Virus record (IMG/VR): IMGVR_UViG_3300009160_000053
Span: 1 to 55,898 of that record
Direction: 5' to 3' (one strand)
DNA from: a virus
Taxonomy: Duplodnaviria > Caudoviricetes
Length of the DNA stretch: 55,898 bases
Position numbers and translations under genes: made by a program. Shown here in pieces: positions 26,947 through 36,234 of the stretch; position 1 is the stretch's first letter, and the number at the start of each line of letters is the position of its first letter. The notes beneath the pieces are model-generated. The model did no database searches. It was not told the DNA's origin and saw only the letters and a program-made list of their open reading frames with translations.

Positions 26947-27858
26947 TTAGGTATCTGAGAGATCCATGAAATCAAAGATTGAACGAGAGTCGACTTTGCC
27001 AAGTTTCGCTGCCGAAAGACCACCAAAGCCAGATACGGTTGAGCCGAGACCACCAAACATCGTCCCTAATTGCCGACCTTGGGCACCTCCGTAATTTCCA
27101 GCAAAAGAACCGCCAACCGACATACCAATTCCACCACCAATCATTGCTCCAGCAACAGTTCCAACTCCAGGGAAAATACTCCCAAGAGCGCCACCTATTG
27201 CCGCCCCACCACCGCCTCCACCCAATCCACCAAGCAACGCACCTAATCCGTTACCGCCATACTTGGAATCGTATTCGTAACTTGCCTGCTGATTCATATT
27301 GTAGGCGTTGGCGTCTGCCTCTGCCTGCTTGTTCGTAATCTGATTGTTGTAATAAGCGAGAGTGTTATCTTCCGAGCGAATCTGCTGCGGGGTAAAGGCA
27401 AGATTCATTGCTTGCAAAGGCATAAGCCCACGACTTTCACCACGAAGTTTGCTCAACATATCGACACCAGAATCCTGCAGTTGGAGCGACGACAACCCGA
27501 GATCCCTCGCCTCTAAAGTACGTGTTGCATTTGAGCCACCACCGCTTGACAGACCAGTGAAAGCGGCAGACCGAGAAACTCTTTGTGCAACATCAGCTGG
27601 CAGCAACCCCTCCGCACGCTGAGCAGCTATCTGGCTAGTTTTATCAAATCCAGCTTTGTATCCAGGCGAAAGTTTTTCAAGAGAGTCTTGATATTTGCTT
27701 GCTGAAGAAAGGATAATATCCTGCAACTCATCAAATTGGATCTCTTGCTTTTTAAACTTATCAAAAGCCGTTGTAAGATCTGACAGCTCGGCTTTTTGAT
27801 AAGTCGGAGCAATGTAATTGGGCTTTTTAGGATCGTTGCCGCCAAATAAAGAACCCAT
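26947..27858 (-). CDS. putative DNA pilot/ejection protein
   Basis: MGSLFGG start, Q/N-rich coiled segment and Gly-zipper hydrophobic C-terminus (GAAIGGALGSIFPGVGTVAGAMIGG). Confidence 0.65.
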   Translation of the reverse strand: MGSLFGGNDPKKPNYIAPTYQKAELSDLTTAFDKFKKQEIQFDELQDIILSSASKYQDSLEKLSPGYKAGFDKTSQIAAQRAEGLLPADVAQRVSRSAAFTGLSSGGGSNATRTLEARDLGLSSLQLQDSGVDMLSKLRGESRGLMPLQAMNLAFTPQQIRSEDNTLAYYNNQITNKQAEADANAYNMNQQASYEYDSKYGGNGLGALLGGLGGGGGGAAIGGALGSIFPGVGTVAGAMIGGGIGMSVGGSFAGNYGGAQGRQLGTMFGGLGSTVSGFGGLSAAKLGKVDSRSIFDFMDLSDT

Positions 27859-27904
27859 TTAAATGTCTCCAAGGAGTTGTAAGGCGCTGCGCATCAGTCT
27901 CACT

Positions 27905-27932
27905 ATGTTCCTGCATGACTGATTTTTGTCAA
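27905..27932 (-). promoter_or_regulatory. putative promoter of the ejection-protein operon
   Basis: TTGACA-N16-GAACAT in the 83-nt gap, overlapped by an ATCAGTC/GACTGAT inverted repeat. Confidence 0.4.
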
Positions 27933-27941
27933 TATTTGCTC

Positions 27942-29015
27942 TCACATTTGAACCGTCCAGTTAAAGTAACTTCCCCTTTGGTTGATGGCATCGTTCGGGC
28001 CTAGGAAAATATGATAAGTTCGGTTTGTTGCGGCATCGACTTGCATAAAATTTGTTAAAGCATAAGGACCACCAGCATAGGACATTATAACCAGTCCACC
28101 TCCAGCGTTTCCCGATTCGCCACCGTTTGTACAAGCAGCTCCGCAACCAAAACCAGTTGCATGGTGTTGCCCTGAAATTGATTTACCCCCACCCTTTCCC
28201 GGTTCCCCGGCGGCAAAAATGTTGTAAGTGCTTGTAAATCCGCCACCTCCGCTAGCGACCCAAAGCGAGTTATACCCAGACCATCCTAGATTAGCTAAAG
28301 AAGTACCGTCCGTAAAAGCTGATTGAATGGATGAGCTTGTGTAGGGCGCAAGACTTATACCGTCACCACCATTTCCACCGCGAAGTGTGATAAATTGGCT
28401 GTTACCCCCAGCTGTTCCAGCCTCACTGTACCCGCCACCACCACCTGCTCCGTATATGTAATACATTCGTGGATTTACGTAAGATCTCGTCCAAAACCCG
28501 CCACCACCATTTCTACCTTGCGACCCTATCCCGCCAGGAGACCTATATTCATATGGTGGAGAGCCTCCTGCTCCGCCACCACACCCGCCGTCTCCACCGT
28601 TTCTGTTTTCGTTTCTGTCGGTATTTGAGTTTCCAAACCCGCCACCCTTTGCCGTATACACATTTTTTTCGGTACCGTCACTATTGTAAGTTGTAAAGAC
28701 AGTGTCAAAACCATTAGTTACAGTGTTGGCTGAAGGTTGAGTTCGGCCATACACAACAAAATTCATCTTGTTTGCTGGGCTCCTGCCCCCAACCGTTGGA
28801 AAAAAGTTTGTTGCAAGATTGTTTAGGATTACGACACCTCCACCACCACCTCCTCCTCCAGCTGAACCTCCACCCGCTCCAACTAAAAGGACATTTATAT
28901 TGGCTGGCGGAAACCTTCCCCAATATGTGACAGGATCTTCAGGTAGAACTTCAAGTGGCCCGCCGTCACCCGCAAACTCACTGCCTCCTAAAAGTGGATG
29001 CACCGGATACGGCAT
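27942..29015 (-). CDS. glycine-rich tail/fibre-associated protein
   Basis: VLLVGAGGGSAGGGGGGGGVV, TAKGGG.G, GGDGGCGGG, ASGGGG, GNAGGGLVIMSY glycine-rich domain. Confidence 0.8.
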   Translation of the reverse strand: MPYPVHPLLGGSEFAGDGGPLEVLPEDPVTYWGRFPPANINVLLVGAGGGSAGGGGGGGGVVILNNLATNFFPTVGGRSPANKMNFVVYGRTQPSANTVTNGFDTVFTTYNSDGTEKNVYTAKGGGFGNSNTDRNENRNGGDGGCGGGAGGSPPYEYRSPGGIGSQGRNGGGGFWTRSYVNPRMYYIYGAGGGGGYSEAGTAGGNSQFITLRGGNGGDGISLAPYTSSSIQSAFTDGTSLANLGWSGYNSLWVASGGGGFTSTYNIFAAGEPGKGGGKSISGQHHATGFGCGAACTNGGESGNAGGGLVIMSYAGGPYALTNFMQVDAATNRTYHIFLGPNDAINQRGSYFNWTVQM

Positions 29016-29020
29016 GCTTA

Positions 29021-29512
29021 TTAGTTTGGGTAGTTAAAGTTAGTGGACGCATACATTTTGCTTCCGTCGCATATGAAGCTCATAACAGTAGTAGTATTTG
29101 CCCCAACGCTTACTGACGGAATCACCCCATTTGGAAACCTGAAAGCTGAATCAAAAGCTAATGTTCGGTTTCCAGTTGCATCCTGCTTTATCATCATTAT
29201 AGAAGTTGCTCCGTCTTTAAGTGAGGAAGCGCTTTTTGGCTCGCCTGTTCCAATCAGTAAAGCAAACCCTGTAACTCCGTTTTTGGGGGAAAGCACAATT
29301 CGAGCAACTTGCGCTATACATGGATCCCATATAAATGTTGTGTAATTAGTTCCACCAAGCGCAAGCACTTGAGAGTTTATATCTACAGTTCTAAAACTAT
29401 GCGCAGCAGTAAATTCTTGAACTGAACCCAGCAACGCTACGCCGTTGCTGAACCCAGGCTTTTGACCTAATCGAGTCGAAGCCTGTTCCGACCCAAGGAT
29501 ATACCCGTCCAT
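29021..29512 (-). CDS. tail fibre-associated structural protein
   Basis: IKQDATGNRTLAF...FPNG..P.VS...TTVMSFICDG motif seen in phage tail proteins. Confidence 0.65.
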   Translation of the reverse strand: MDGYILGSEQASTRLGQKPGFSNGVALLGSVQEFTAAHSFRTVDINSQVLALGGTNYTTFIWDPCIAQVARIVLSPKNGVTGFALLIGTGEPKSASSLKDGATSIMMIKQDATGNRTLAFDSAFRFPNGVIPSVSVGANTTTVMSFICDGSKMYASTNFNYPN

Positions 29513-29515
29513 AAG

Positions 29516-32500
29516 TTAGGAGAGTCTTGGAACCCAAGGAATTGCCTGAGCAAAATACGTTAAACCCATATGACTTACATAATCCTGCGGGTGGTTTCTA
29601 ATAATAGTGGTTGCTGAGAAAGAAAGTTCAGCCCCCGTTGGCCCTTCAACGTATGCCGTATTGGCAGAAGCGTTATTAGTGTTTGGGGTGACACCCGTTA
29701 AAGTAAATGTTGTGGTAGTCGGTACAGTTGCAACTGCGTAATGCGTCAAAGGATTAGGTATACTAGTACCCACTGCATACGAGGGATAACTAGTAATCTT
29801 TACACGATCCCCGATATTTAAACTGTGGGCAACCGACGTTGTGAACGTTGCATTACTTGTGGCCCAAGTCACAGATCTATCATTCGTTCCTACATTTGTC
29901 GTCCCTGTAGCATATATAAATCCAGTACTATTACGCCAATTAAACAATGAGCTAATACTAGAGGCACTGTAACCAAACCCAAGTGCCGAAACTGCCACGC
30001 TTGCCTGATCCAATACAAAAGGATATTCTCGTTTCGGCTTCCAATAAAAAGTGCCAGCCACACGTTGCGCGTTTGAGGTTATAACTCCAGTAGCATAAGT
30101 AGAAATTGTTTCATATTGAGAAACCCACTCTTGTGCCATATATGTTGGTAGAATCGTTTCGTAGGGTGTCGAGGTTGCGGCTGCTTCCAGCTGTGCGCAT
30201 GTAAAATAAAAATAGTTACCTGTTGTCTCTAAGATATTGCTTAAAGTAACTCCGGAAGTTGTCCCAACTGGGGTTAAAGCCGGTTGCCCTGCAGTCGCGG
30301 TGCTATAAATTGACCAACCGTTATAACTTGTTGTTACTCTATTAAGTACGTTACCGACCCCGGTTGCGGTTGTCCCATCAGGTGCTGTGTCTGTTCCACT
30401 TGCAGCTAAAGTAATCCCAACGGTAAGCCCGAGGCCTAACGGTTGATTCTTTGAAAGTAAAGTGACTGGCGTGTTTGATACTGAAAGGAAGGTTGGCGTT
30501 GACGTCACAACTTCAATTTTTGTCCATGTGTCAGCTGTCGGAACATTAAAGGTAAAGGTGCGACAAAGCCTAGTTGTGTAACCGTTCATACCCGTAAGAG
30601 CTCCAGAAGTGTTAGTTGTATAACCCCCGGTTGGGCTAGCGGTGTTTATAAGACCGCTAGTGGTATTTACCAAATGTGAAGGCATCGCAATCACGCCTGT
30701 ATAATTTCCTGTTTTGTTTGTGTAGACGTAAAAACTTAAGGTTGCAGATTTGGGGCTTGTGTTTGAATGCCAATTTAACGCAGCACATTTTTCAATTGGT
30801 ATTTTTTGGTAGATAGTTAAATGATCTCCAGTCGACAACGATGCAAGTGGTGCAATTACTTTTATACCGATAGGCGCACCCCCAGCAGGTGCTGCTGCCG
30901 GAGGTGTTGGGCAACCGCTGCTACTAGAACTTCCGTACCTGTTCCCGACGGTGGTAGAGACCATTGTAGAGTTTGCGTCGGGACATTGAACGTAAGCGGT
31001 ATTGGCAGAAGCGTTAGCTGTATTTGGCGTAACGCTGGTTAAAGTGAATGTTGTGCTAGCTACAGTTGCAACTTGGTAATAGGCCCAAGGGGAAGGTACT
31101 GCACTGAGTACGTAAGATGAATAGCCCGTAAACCTTACGAGGTTTCCTACTTCTAAACCGTGAGCAGCCGAAGTTGTAAAAGTTGCATTCCCGCTTGCCC
31201 ATGTTACAGATACGAATTTAGCTGTTCTAGACAAACCAGCCCCCATAACTATTCGAGAGCCTGTGTAGCTAGAACCCTCAAGTGCACTATATGTTCCCTT
31301 AAGAGGCACAAATGGGGATATTGCCGAATTAGGATAAACAGCGCCGCCAATTACATTTGGAGTCGCGGACATCAACCACCCGTCGCATATTGGTTGCGTA
31401 TGGTGCGTCAACGGAGTCCCGTCGGGGTTAAAGTTGTTGATTGAGTCTATCTCCCCCGCTCCGTTAAGGAGCATATTTTTAAAGTAGGCATCGGCTCCGT
31501 TAGTTCCATTAGTTCCGTTAGTCCCATTAGTTCCAGGAGCCCCATTAGTTCCATTAGTCCCAGCAGTGCCTTGAATTCCTTGAATTCCTTGAATTCCTTG
31601 AATCCCCTGAGCTCCTGCGGGTATACCAAAAGCAAAAACTTTTGCGGTATCTGGTCCGCTTGCTGTAACCGTTGGGGTAGCACCAGCAGCTAAGGAGGAA
31701 GCAGTCGGTGTGCCAAAACCTGCTGCAGTACCTGGGTTGCCAGCAGCTCCTGCGGGTATACCAAAAGCGAAAACTTTTGCTGTGTCTGCTCCGCTCGCAG
31801 TAACCGTTGGGCTAGCCCCAGCTGCTAGTGCTGAAGCAGTTGGTGTACCAAAACCAGCTGCTGTTCCAGTATTCCCTTGTAGACCTTGAGCTCCTGCGGG
31901 TATACCAAAAGCAAAAACTTTTGCGGCATCTGTTCCAGTTGCTGTAACCGTTGGAGCAGCTCCAGCTGCTAATGCTGAAGCAGTTGGGGTTCCGAAACCA
32001 GCTGCTGTTCCAGCAGCCCCGGCCGCTCCAGCAACCCCTTGAATTCCTTGAATACCCTGAGCTCCGTTACTCCCATTAGTACCGGCGAGGCCAGTCGCCC
32101 CTTGTGGACCCGTCTCTCCTCTTGGGATTGTAAATTTAAAAACAGCAGCATTAGGAGTTCCAGTATTTTCAACTAATGCGTTAGTCCCGGCTAAGCCAGT
32201 TACAGTAACTGGATTAACATTAACAGTCGCCGCCGCTCCCGTATCTCCTCTGGGTATTACAAAACTAAATACTTTTGCTGTATCAGGTCCGCTAGTTGAC
32301 CCACTAGCAGCTGTCCCAGCCGCACCAGTAGTTACATTAACCGTACTGCTAATACCAGCAGCTGGTCCAGTTAAACCAGTCGCACCTTGTGTACCTTGAA
32401 TACCTTGAACACCAGCGGCACCAGTTAAACCTTGTGGACCTCTAATGGTGCCAGCATCTACAAAAGTAGTTCCGTTACTTACCCACAAATTTCCAGTATC

Positions 32501-33229
32501 TTCCACCAAATACGCAGTACCCGCTGCTGGAGCTGGAGAGGGTAAGGCAGTTGAAGTAGAGCGAGAGCCAACAATATTTACGCCTGTTCCGGCTGGCCCA
32601 GTATTTCCAATTGGACCCGCTGGACCTACAGCACCTTGCGTACCTTGAACACCTTGAATGCCTTGAGCTCCAGCAGGACCGGTTGGGCCAGCTGCTCCTG
32701 TCTCTCCTCTTGGAATGGTAAATTTAAAAACAGCAGCATTGAGAGTTCCAGTATTTTCAACTAATGCGTTAGTTCCTGGATTTCCAGTTACAGTAGTTGG
32801 GTCAACCGCAACAGTTGCTGCAGCACCTGTATCTCCTTTTGGAATTGTAAAATTAAAAACTGCAGCAGTGGTAGTGCCTGAATTTGTAACAACGGGCGTA
32901 CTTCCAGGAGCACCAGTAGTGGCACTACCTGGAGTGATTGTCGCAGAAGTACCTGGTGCTCCGGACGGACCCGTAAGCCCAACAGGGCCTTGAATACCTT
33001 GAGATCCTGTCAATCCTCTTTGGCCTTCTGGCCCAACAGGACCGATTGGTCCCTGGATACCCTGGGGGCCTTGAGCACCGGTTGCACCTTGAAGCCCAGT
33101 TGCTCCTTGCGGGCCTGTGGCACCAGCTAAAACGGAAGCCGCCCATTTCGTTCCGTCCCAGGTATAAAGAGAAGAACCAGACTGATACGTCTGCCCGACC
33201 GTTGGGTTGTTTGGAAAATTTAATGCCAT
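29516..33229 (-). CDS. long collagen-like tail fibre
   Basis: many G-X-Y runs interspersed with repeated VF.F.IP.G modules; C-terminal KNMLLNG...lectin-like region. Confidence 0.85.
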   Translation of the reverse strand: MALNFPNNPTVGQTYQSGSSLYTWDGTKWAASVLAGATGPQGATGLQGATGAQGPQGIQGPIGPVGPEGQRGLTGSQGIQGPVGLTGPSGAPGTSATITPGSATTGAPGSTPVVTNSGTTTAAVFNFTIPKGDTGAAATVAVDPTTVTGNPGTNALVENTGTLNAAVFKFTIPRGETGAAGPTGPAGAQGIQGVQGTQGAVGPAGPIGNTGPAGTGVNIVGSRSTSTALPSPAPAAGTAYLVEDTGNLWVSNGTTFVDAGTIRGPQGLTGAAGVQGIQGTQGATGLTGPAAGISSTVNVTTGAAGTAASGSTSGPDTAKVFSFVIPRGDTGAAATVNVNPVTVTGLAGTNALVENTGTPNAAVFKFTIPRGETGPQGATGLAGTNGSNGAQGIQGIQGVAGAAGAAGTAAGFGTPTASALAAGAAPTVTATGTDAAKVFAFGIPAGAQGLQGNTGTAAGFGTPTASALAAGASPTVTASGADTAKVFAFGIPAGAAGNPGTAAGFGTPTASSLAAGATPTVTASGPDTAKVFAFGIPAGAQGIQGIQGIQGIQGTAGTNGTNGAPGTNGTNGTNGTNGADAYFKNMLLNGAGEIDSINNFNPDGTPLTHHTQPICDGWLMSATPNVIGGAVYPNSAISPFVPLKGTYSALEGSSYTGSRIVMGAGLSRTAKFVSVTWASGNATFTTSAAHGLEVGNLVRFTGYSSYVLSAVPSPWAYYQVATVASTTFTLTSVTPNTANASANTAYVQCPDANSTMVSTTVGNRYGSSSSSGCPTPPAAAPAGGAPIGIKVIAPLASLSTGDHLTIYQKIPIEKCAALNWHSNTSPKSATLSFYVYTNKTGNYTGVIAMPSHLVNTTSGLINTASPTGGYTTNTSGALTGMNGYTTRLCRTFTFNVPTADTWTKIEVVTSTPTFLSVSNTPVTLLSKNQPLGLGLTVGITLAASGTDTAPDGTTATGVGNVLNRVTTSYNGWSIYSTATAGQPALTPVGTTSGVTLSNILETTGNYFYFTCAQLEAAATSTPYETILPTYMAQEWVSQYETISTYATGVITSNAQRVAGTFYWKPKREYPFVLDQASVAVSALGFGYSASSISSLFNWRNSTGFIYATGTTNVGTNDRSVTWATSNATFTTSVAHSLNIGDRVKITSYPSYAVGTSIPNPLTHYAVATVPTTTTFTLTGVTPNTNNASANTAYVEGPTGAELSFSATTIIRNHPQDYVSHMGLTYFAQAIPWVPRLS
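31490..32900 (-). repeat. intragenic tandem modules in the fibre gene
   Basis: three near-identical GTAAGFGTPTAS.LAAGA.PTVTA.G.D.AKVFAFGIPAGA units (gctcctgcgggtataccaaaagc x3); two GTNALVENTGT.NAAVFKFTIPRGETG units; 9-bp gaattcctt and NGT microrepeats. Confidence 0.9.
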
Positions 33230-33231
33230 AT

Positions 33232-34914
33232 TTATGCCCAGACCTTGACTGATTTATTCCCCGTCCTCGGATAAACAAAACCCGAAGTTTTACGGAACCA
33301 AGAACTTCTTTTTGGGAAAACAGCACCAGTATCTTTACGCTCGTTGACAAATTTCAAATATCTGTTCGGCGCAGTCCGAAGACCGTTGGTAATGGCATAA
33401 TCCGTAACTAACCCGCCTGCTGTAGCTAGTTGATTTTGACCGGCATACGACGTGATATACTTGAGTGCCATATCTTGATTCATTGTAGGGTATAATTGTA
33501 ATGCGCAAGCCAGAACCCCTGTAACCTGGGGCGAGGCCATGCTGGTACCATTCTGTTTTGCGATGCGATAAGAAGAGTTATTTGGATCGGCGGCAAAAGG
33601 CTCCCCCGTATACCAAAAGCCACTAGGAATTGAACTGAGTATATTTGTGCCAGGGGCAAACACATCTATGCGCGATCCAGCGCTACTATAACTAGCTTTC
33701 TGCTCAACTTTTGTGGTATCGACAGCTCCGACCGTAATAACACCAAGAGTTGAGGATGGCGATGATCCACGCATGTAATAAATTGGGTCGGCACTTCCAG
33801 AAACAGTTATGTAGTTGTTGTAATCTGCCTCACCAGGTCTAGCAATTGTTTCGTCGTAGTTCCCCGCTGCCCCAACCACAATAACCCCGTCCGCAATTGC
33901 GTCTGCAATATCTAGGTCTATAGCGGCAACTCTATTACCAAAAGCCGCATACGTCACAAAAACACCGCTACCGGAGAATGTCTCAACCGTTAAACGACCT
34001 TTTAAACCTTTGGAAGTTAATGTAGCGTTAGCTGTTGCACTAGTTACTGCAGTTGAAACCCCTCTTACGTTAATGCTTGTTATCACCGATAAAGAGGCAG
34101 AATAATAAGATCCCCAACTGTTATTGCAGATAGTAGGATTTTTTCGTTTTGTAACTGAGTTAACTGGTTTGTTTTTATGGAATTGTCGGATGTAATCAAA
34201 CAATAAGCTATTACTGACAACCGTGTCATTGTAAGGGTAAATATTATAGATATTTGATTTACGTGCCCAACCCTGTGTAATTCCACAAGCAGTTCCGGCA
34301 ACGTGTGTCCCATGAATATTTTCTGCTGATGCGGCATATGTATATGTATAGTTCCCAGCCACACCGCCAGTAACGTAAGGGTTTAAACTAAACCAATTGT
34401 AGGCTTGGACTCGAGTTGTCCCAGTTCCATCTGAGTTTGTTCGAAACTCTGGATGATCGATAAAATGACCATCGACAATAACTACATCTACGTTTTCCCC
34501 CTCACTCTTTACAGTTATTGTCTGCGTTATTGCGGTAGTCCCATCGCTTCCCCAATTAGTTGTTTGAATTCCGTTACATACTCGAGCTAGACCCCAATTT
34601 TTATGTTCAGAGGTGATTGCAGTCGATTTATCCCAAAGACTTGAAGTTTGAGTAAAACATGGAAGTATTTTTATGTTTGGGTTTTGGGATGGTGGTACTT
34701 CTACGGCCAAGACCCGAGGGTCGTTTTTAAGGATTTCGGCTTCCTCATCGGAAAGATAGAAATGTGTATTACGGCTGATTGGTCGAAGTTGTGCGACCTC
34801 AACTTCACGCTCTGGCACATAATCGGTACCACGTTTTTCAGTAAGATCGTCGTATAGGCTTTCAACGTCTTCCCATTTTTCAGCGGAAACTACGTATTCG
34901 CGAAGGTTATCCAC
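33232..34914 (-). CDS. subtilisin-like (S8) serine protease
   Basis: catalytic motifs VDVVIVDG, HGTHVAGT, AAGN, NGTSMASPQVTG; I9-like prodomain LSDEEAEILKNDPRVLAVE; GTG start inferred. Confidence 0.9.
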   Translation of the reverse strand: MDNLREYVVSAEKWEDVESLYDDLTEKRGTDYVPEREVEVAQLRPISRNTHFYLSDEEAEILKNDPRVLAVEVPPSQNPNIKILPCFTQTSSLWDKSTAITSEHKNWGLARVCNGIQTTNWGSDGTTAITQTITVKSEGENVDVVIVDGHFIDHPEFRTNSDGTGTTRVQAYNWFSLNPYVTGGVAGNYTYTYAASAENIHGTHVAGTACGITQGWARKSNIYNIYPYNDTVVSNSLLFDYIRQFHKNKPVNSVTKRKNPTICNNSWGSYYSASLSVITSINVRGVSTAVTSATANATLTSKGLKGRLTVETFSGSGVFVTYAAFGNRVAAIDLDIADAIADGVIVVGAAGNYDETIARPGEADYNNYITVSGSADPIYYMRGSSPSSTLGVITVGAVDTTKVEQKASYSSAGSRIDVFAPGTNILSSIPSGFWYTGEPFAADPNNSSYRIAKQNGTSMASPQVTGVLACALQLYPTMNQDMALKYITSYAGQNQLATAGGLVTDYAITNGLRTAPNRYLKFVNERKDTGAVFPKRSSWFRKTSGFVYPRTGNKSVKVWA

Positions 34915-34915
34915 T

Positions 34916-36016
34916 TTATCCCTCAAGTTTTATAAGGGTAAAAGTAACTGTAACAGTTCTCTGTCCACCGCTATTATTTGTAATGGCTAGTGGTATTTCA
35001 GCAGCGACTGTGGATTCATTATTGAATCCAATTACGGCCGGAGTAAATACAACTGACGTTGCTGTGCCAGCAATAATTTCGGCAACTACTCCAGCACTTG
35101 CGTCGGGGTCAGCAGTACTAACTCTGGAGGCATCAGTTGTACGACTTGCAACGTCCGAATAAGCCCTAACCCAACAAGCTGTATCTGTAGCAACTTTGCA
35201 AATAGCGTAACCTTTATAGGCTGGTAAAGTGACATTAGCTGTCGCGCCATTTGCCAAGCTTGAAGTGGTAATAGCAAACACGCCTCTTGGCTGGAGAGCT
35301 CCCCCAGATATTGCGCTAATCCATTGAGAGCTATCGGTATCTTGATAGTAAATGTAAATGTTGCCGGTATTTGAGTCGTACCATAAATCCCCTTGGGAGA
35401 TCCCAGTTGTAGGAGCTGTATCCTGAACTGTTATTTTGTAAACAGGGCCAGTAAGACCTGTAGGACCTTGAGGCCCGGCAGGACCAGCTGCACCCGTAGC
35501 ACCGGCTACACCTGCGGGACCTTGAGCCCCAGTAGAACCAGTTGCGCCCTGGGGTCCAGTTTGACCTGTGGGACCTTGGATTAAACCAACTGCTAACCAC
35601 GATGTTCCGTTAGAAACATATAGTTTTAGGTCACTTTGAACGATATATCCAGTCCCAACGGAAACAGAAGAAGCAGACGGCAGAGCCCCAACCGTTGCAA
35701 CTGACCCCGCAATATTAATAAGACCTGTTGGGTTTGCATCAAGAACATAGGTATCTGTGCCAATTTTCTTAAGGTATCCAGTTGTGCCTGTCAGATTTGC
35801 TATATTGGTAAGAGCAGTCGGCACTACTCCAGTTACAGAACCTGTAAATTGGGCCGTGCCCGTAACAATAATTCCCGTAGTTCCTATCTTTAAAGCCGAT
35901 AGCGTGCCGTCCCCGTCTGTTATGAATGTTGGTGTGGCGGTAAGACCAGAAGCAGAGCCTATCGTCAATAGCTCTGTATACGAAGAAGATGGAGACCTTC
36001 CTGTAAGGCTGCTCAT
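34916..36016 (-). CDS. collagen-containing tail fibre/structural protein
   Basis: GPTGQTGPQGATG run; QDTAP...GDLWYDSNTGNIYIYYQD module; ATG 36016 by ATGA overlap. Confidence 0.8.
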   Translation of the reverse strand: MSSLTGRSPSSSYTELLTIGSASGLTATPTFITDGDGTLSALKIGTTGIIVTGTAQFTGSVTGVVPTALTNIANLTGTTGYLKKIGTDTYVLDANPTGLINIAGSVATVGALPSASSVSVGTGYIVQSDLKLYVSNGTSWLAVGLIQGPTGQTGPQGATGSTGAQGPAGVAGATGAAGPAGPQGPTGLTGPVYKITVQDTAPTTGISQGDLWYDSNTGNIYIYYQDTDSSQWISAISGGALQPRGVFAITTSSLANGATANVTLPAYKGYAICKVATDTACWVRAYSDVASRTTDASRVSTADPDASAGVVAEIIAGTATSVVFTPAVIGFNNESTVAAEIPLAITNNSGGQRTVTVTFTLIKLEG

Positions 36017-36225
36017 AATAATGTCTCCCAATTTCCGTTGGCACTCTCCCAATTAGAAAGAAATTCCTCCCAGGAGGGCGCGGCGGAAAAGGAACTATCA
36101 GTAATCAGAAACGAAGAAACGGGCGAGCTGACACTTGAAAAGCTAAGAGTATTAACCGTAGAAGAAGGGATGAAGTTAGTAGATACAGGATCAGTTGTGC
36201 TTACAAATTGTGTAAATGTGGCCAT
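36013..36225 (-). CDS. small Ser/Thr-rich structural protein
   Basis: fills the gap on the operon strand; C-terminal WEE...NWES...NWET repeat. Confidence 0.55.
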   Translation of the reverse strand: MATFTQFVSTTDPVSTNFIPSSTVNTLSFSSVSSPVSSFLITDSSFSAAPSWEEFLSNWESANGNWETLL

Positions 36226-36234
36226 GTATACACC

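Noticed and set aside
29640-31215. Duplicated segment in the fibre gene as a DGR template/variable repeat pair
   Set aside because: Differences are mostly synonymous and not adenine-specific, both copies are in-frame coding, and no reverse transcriptase is in the window
31600-31930. Regularly spaced ~35-bp direct repeats as a CRISPR array
   Set aside because: The intervening sequences are also homologous, the unit is about 140 bp, it is in-frame coding, and there are no cas genes
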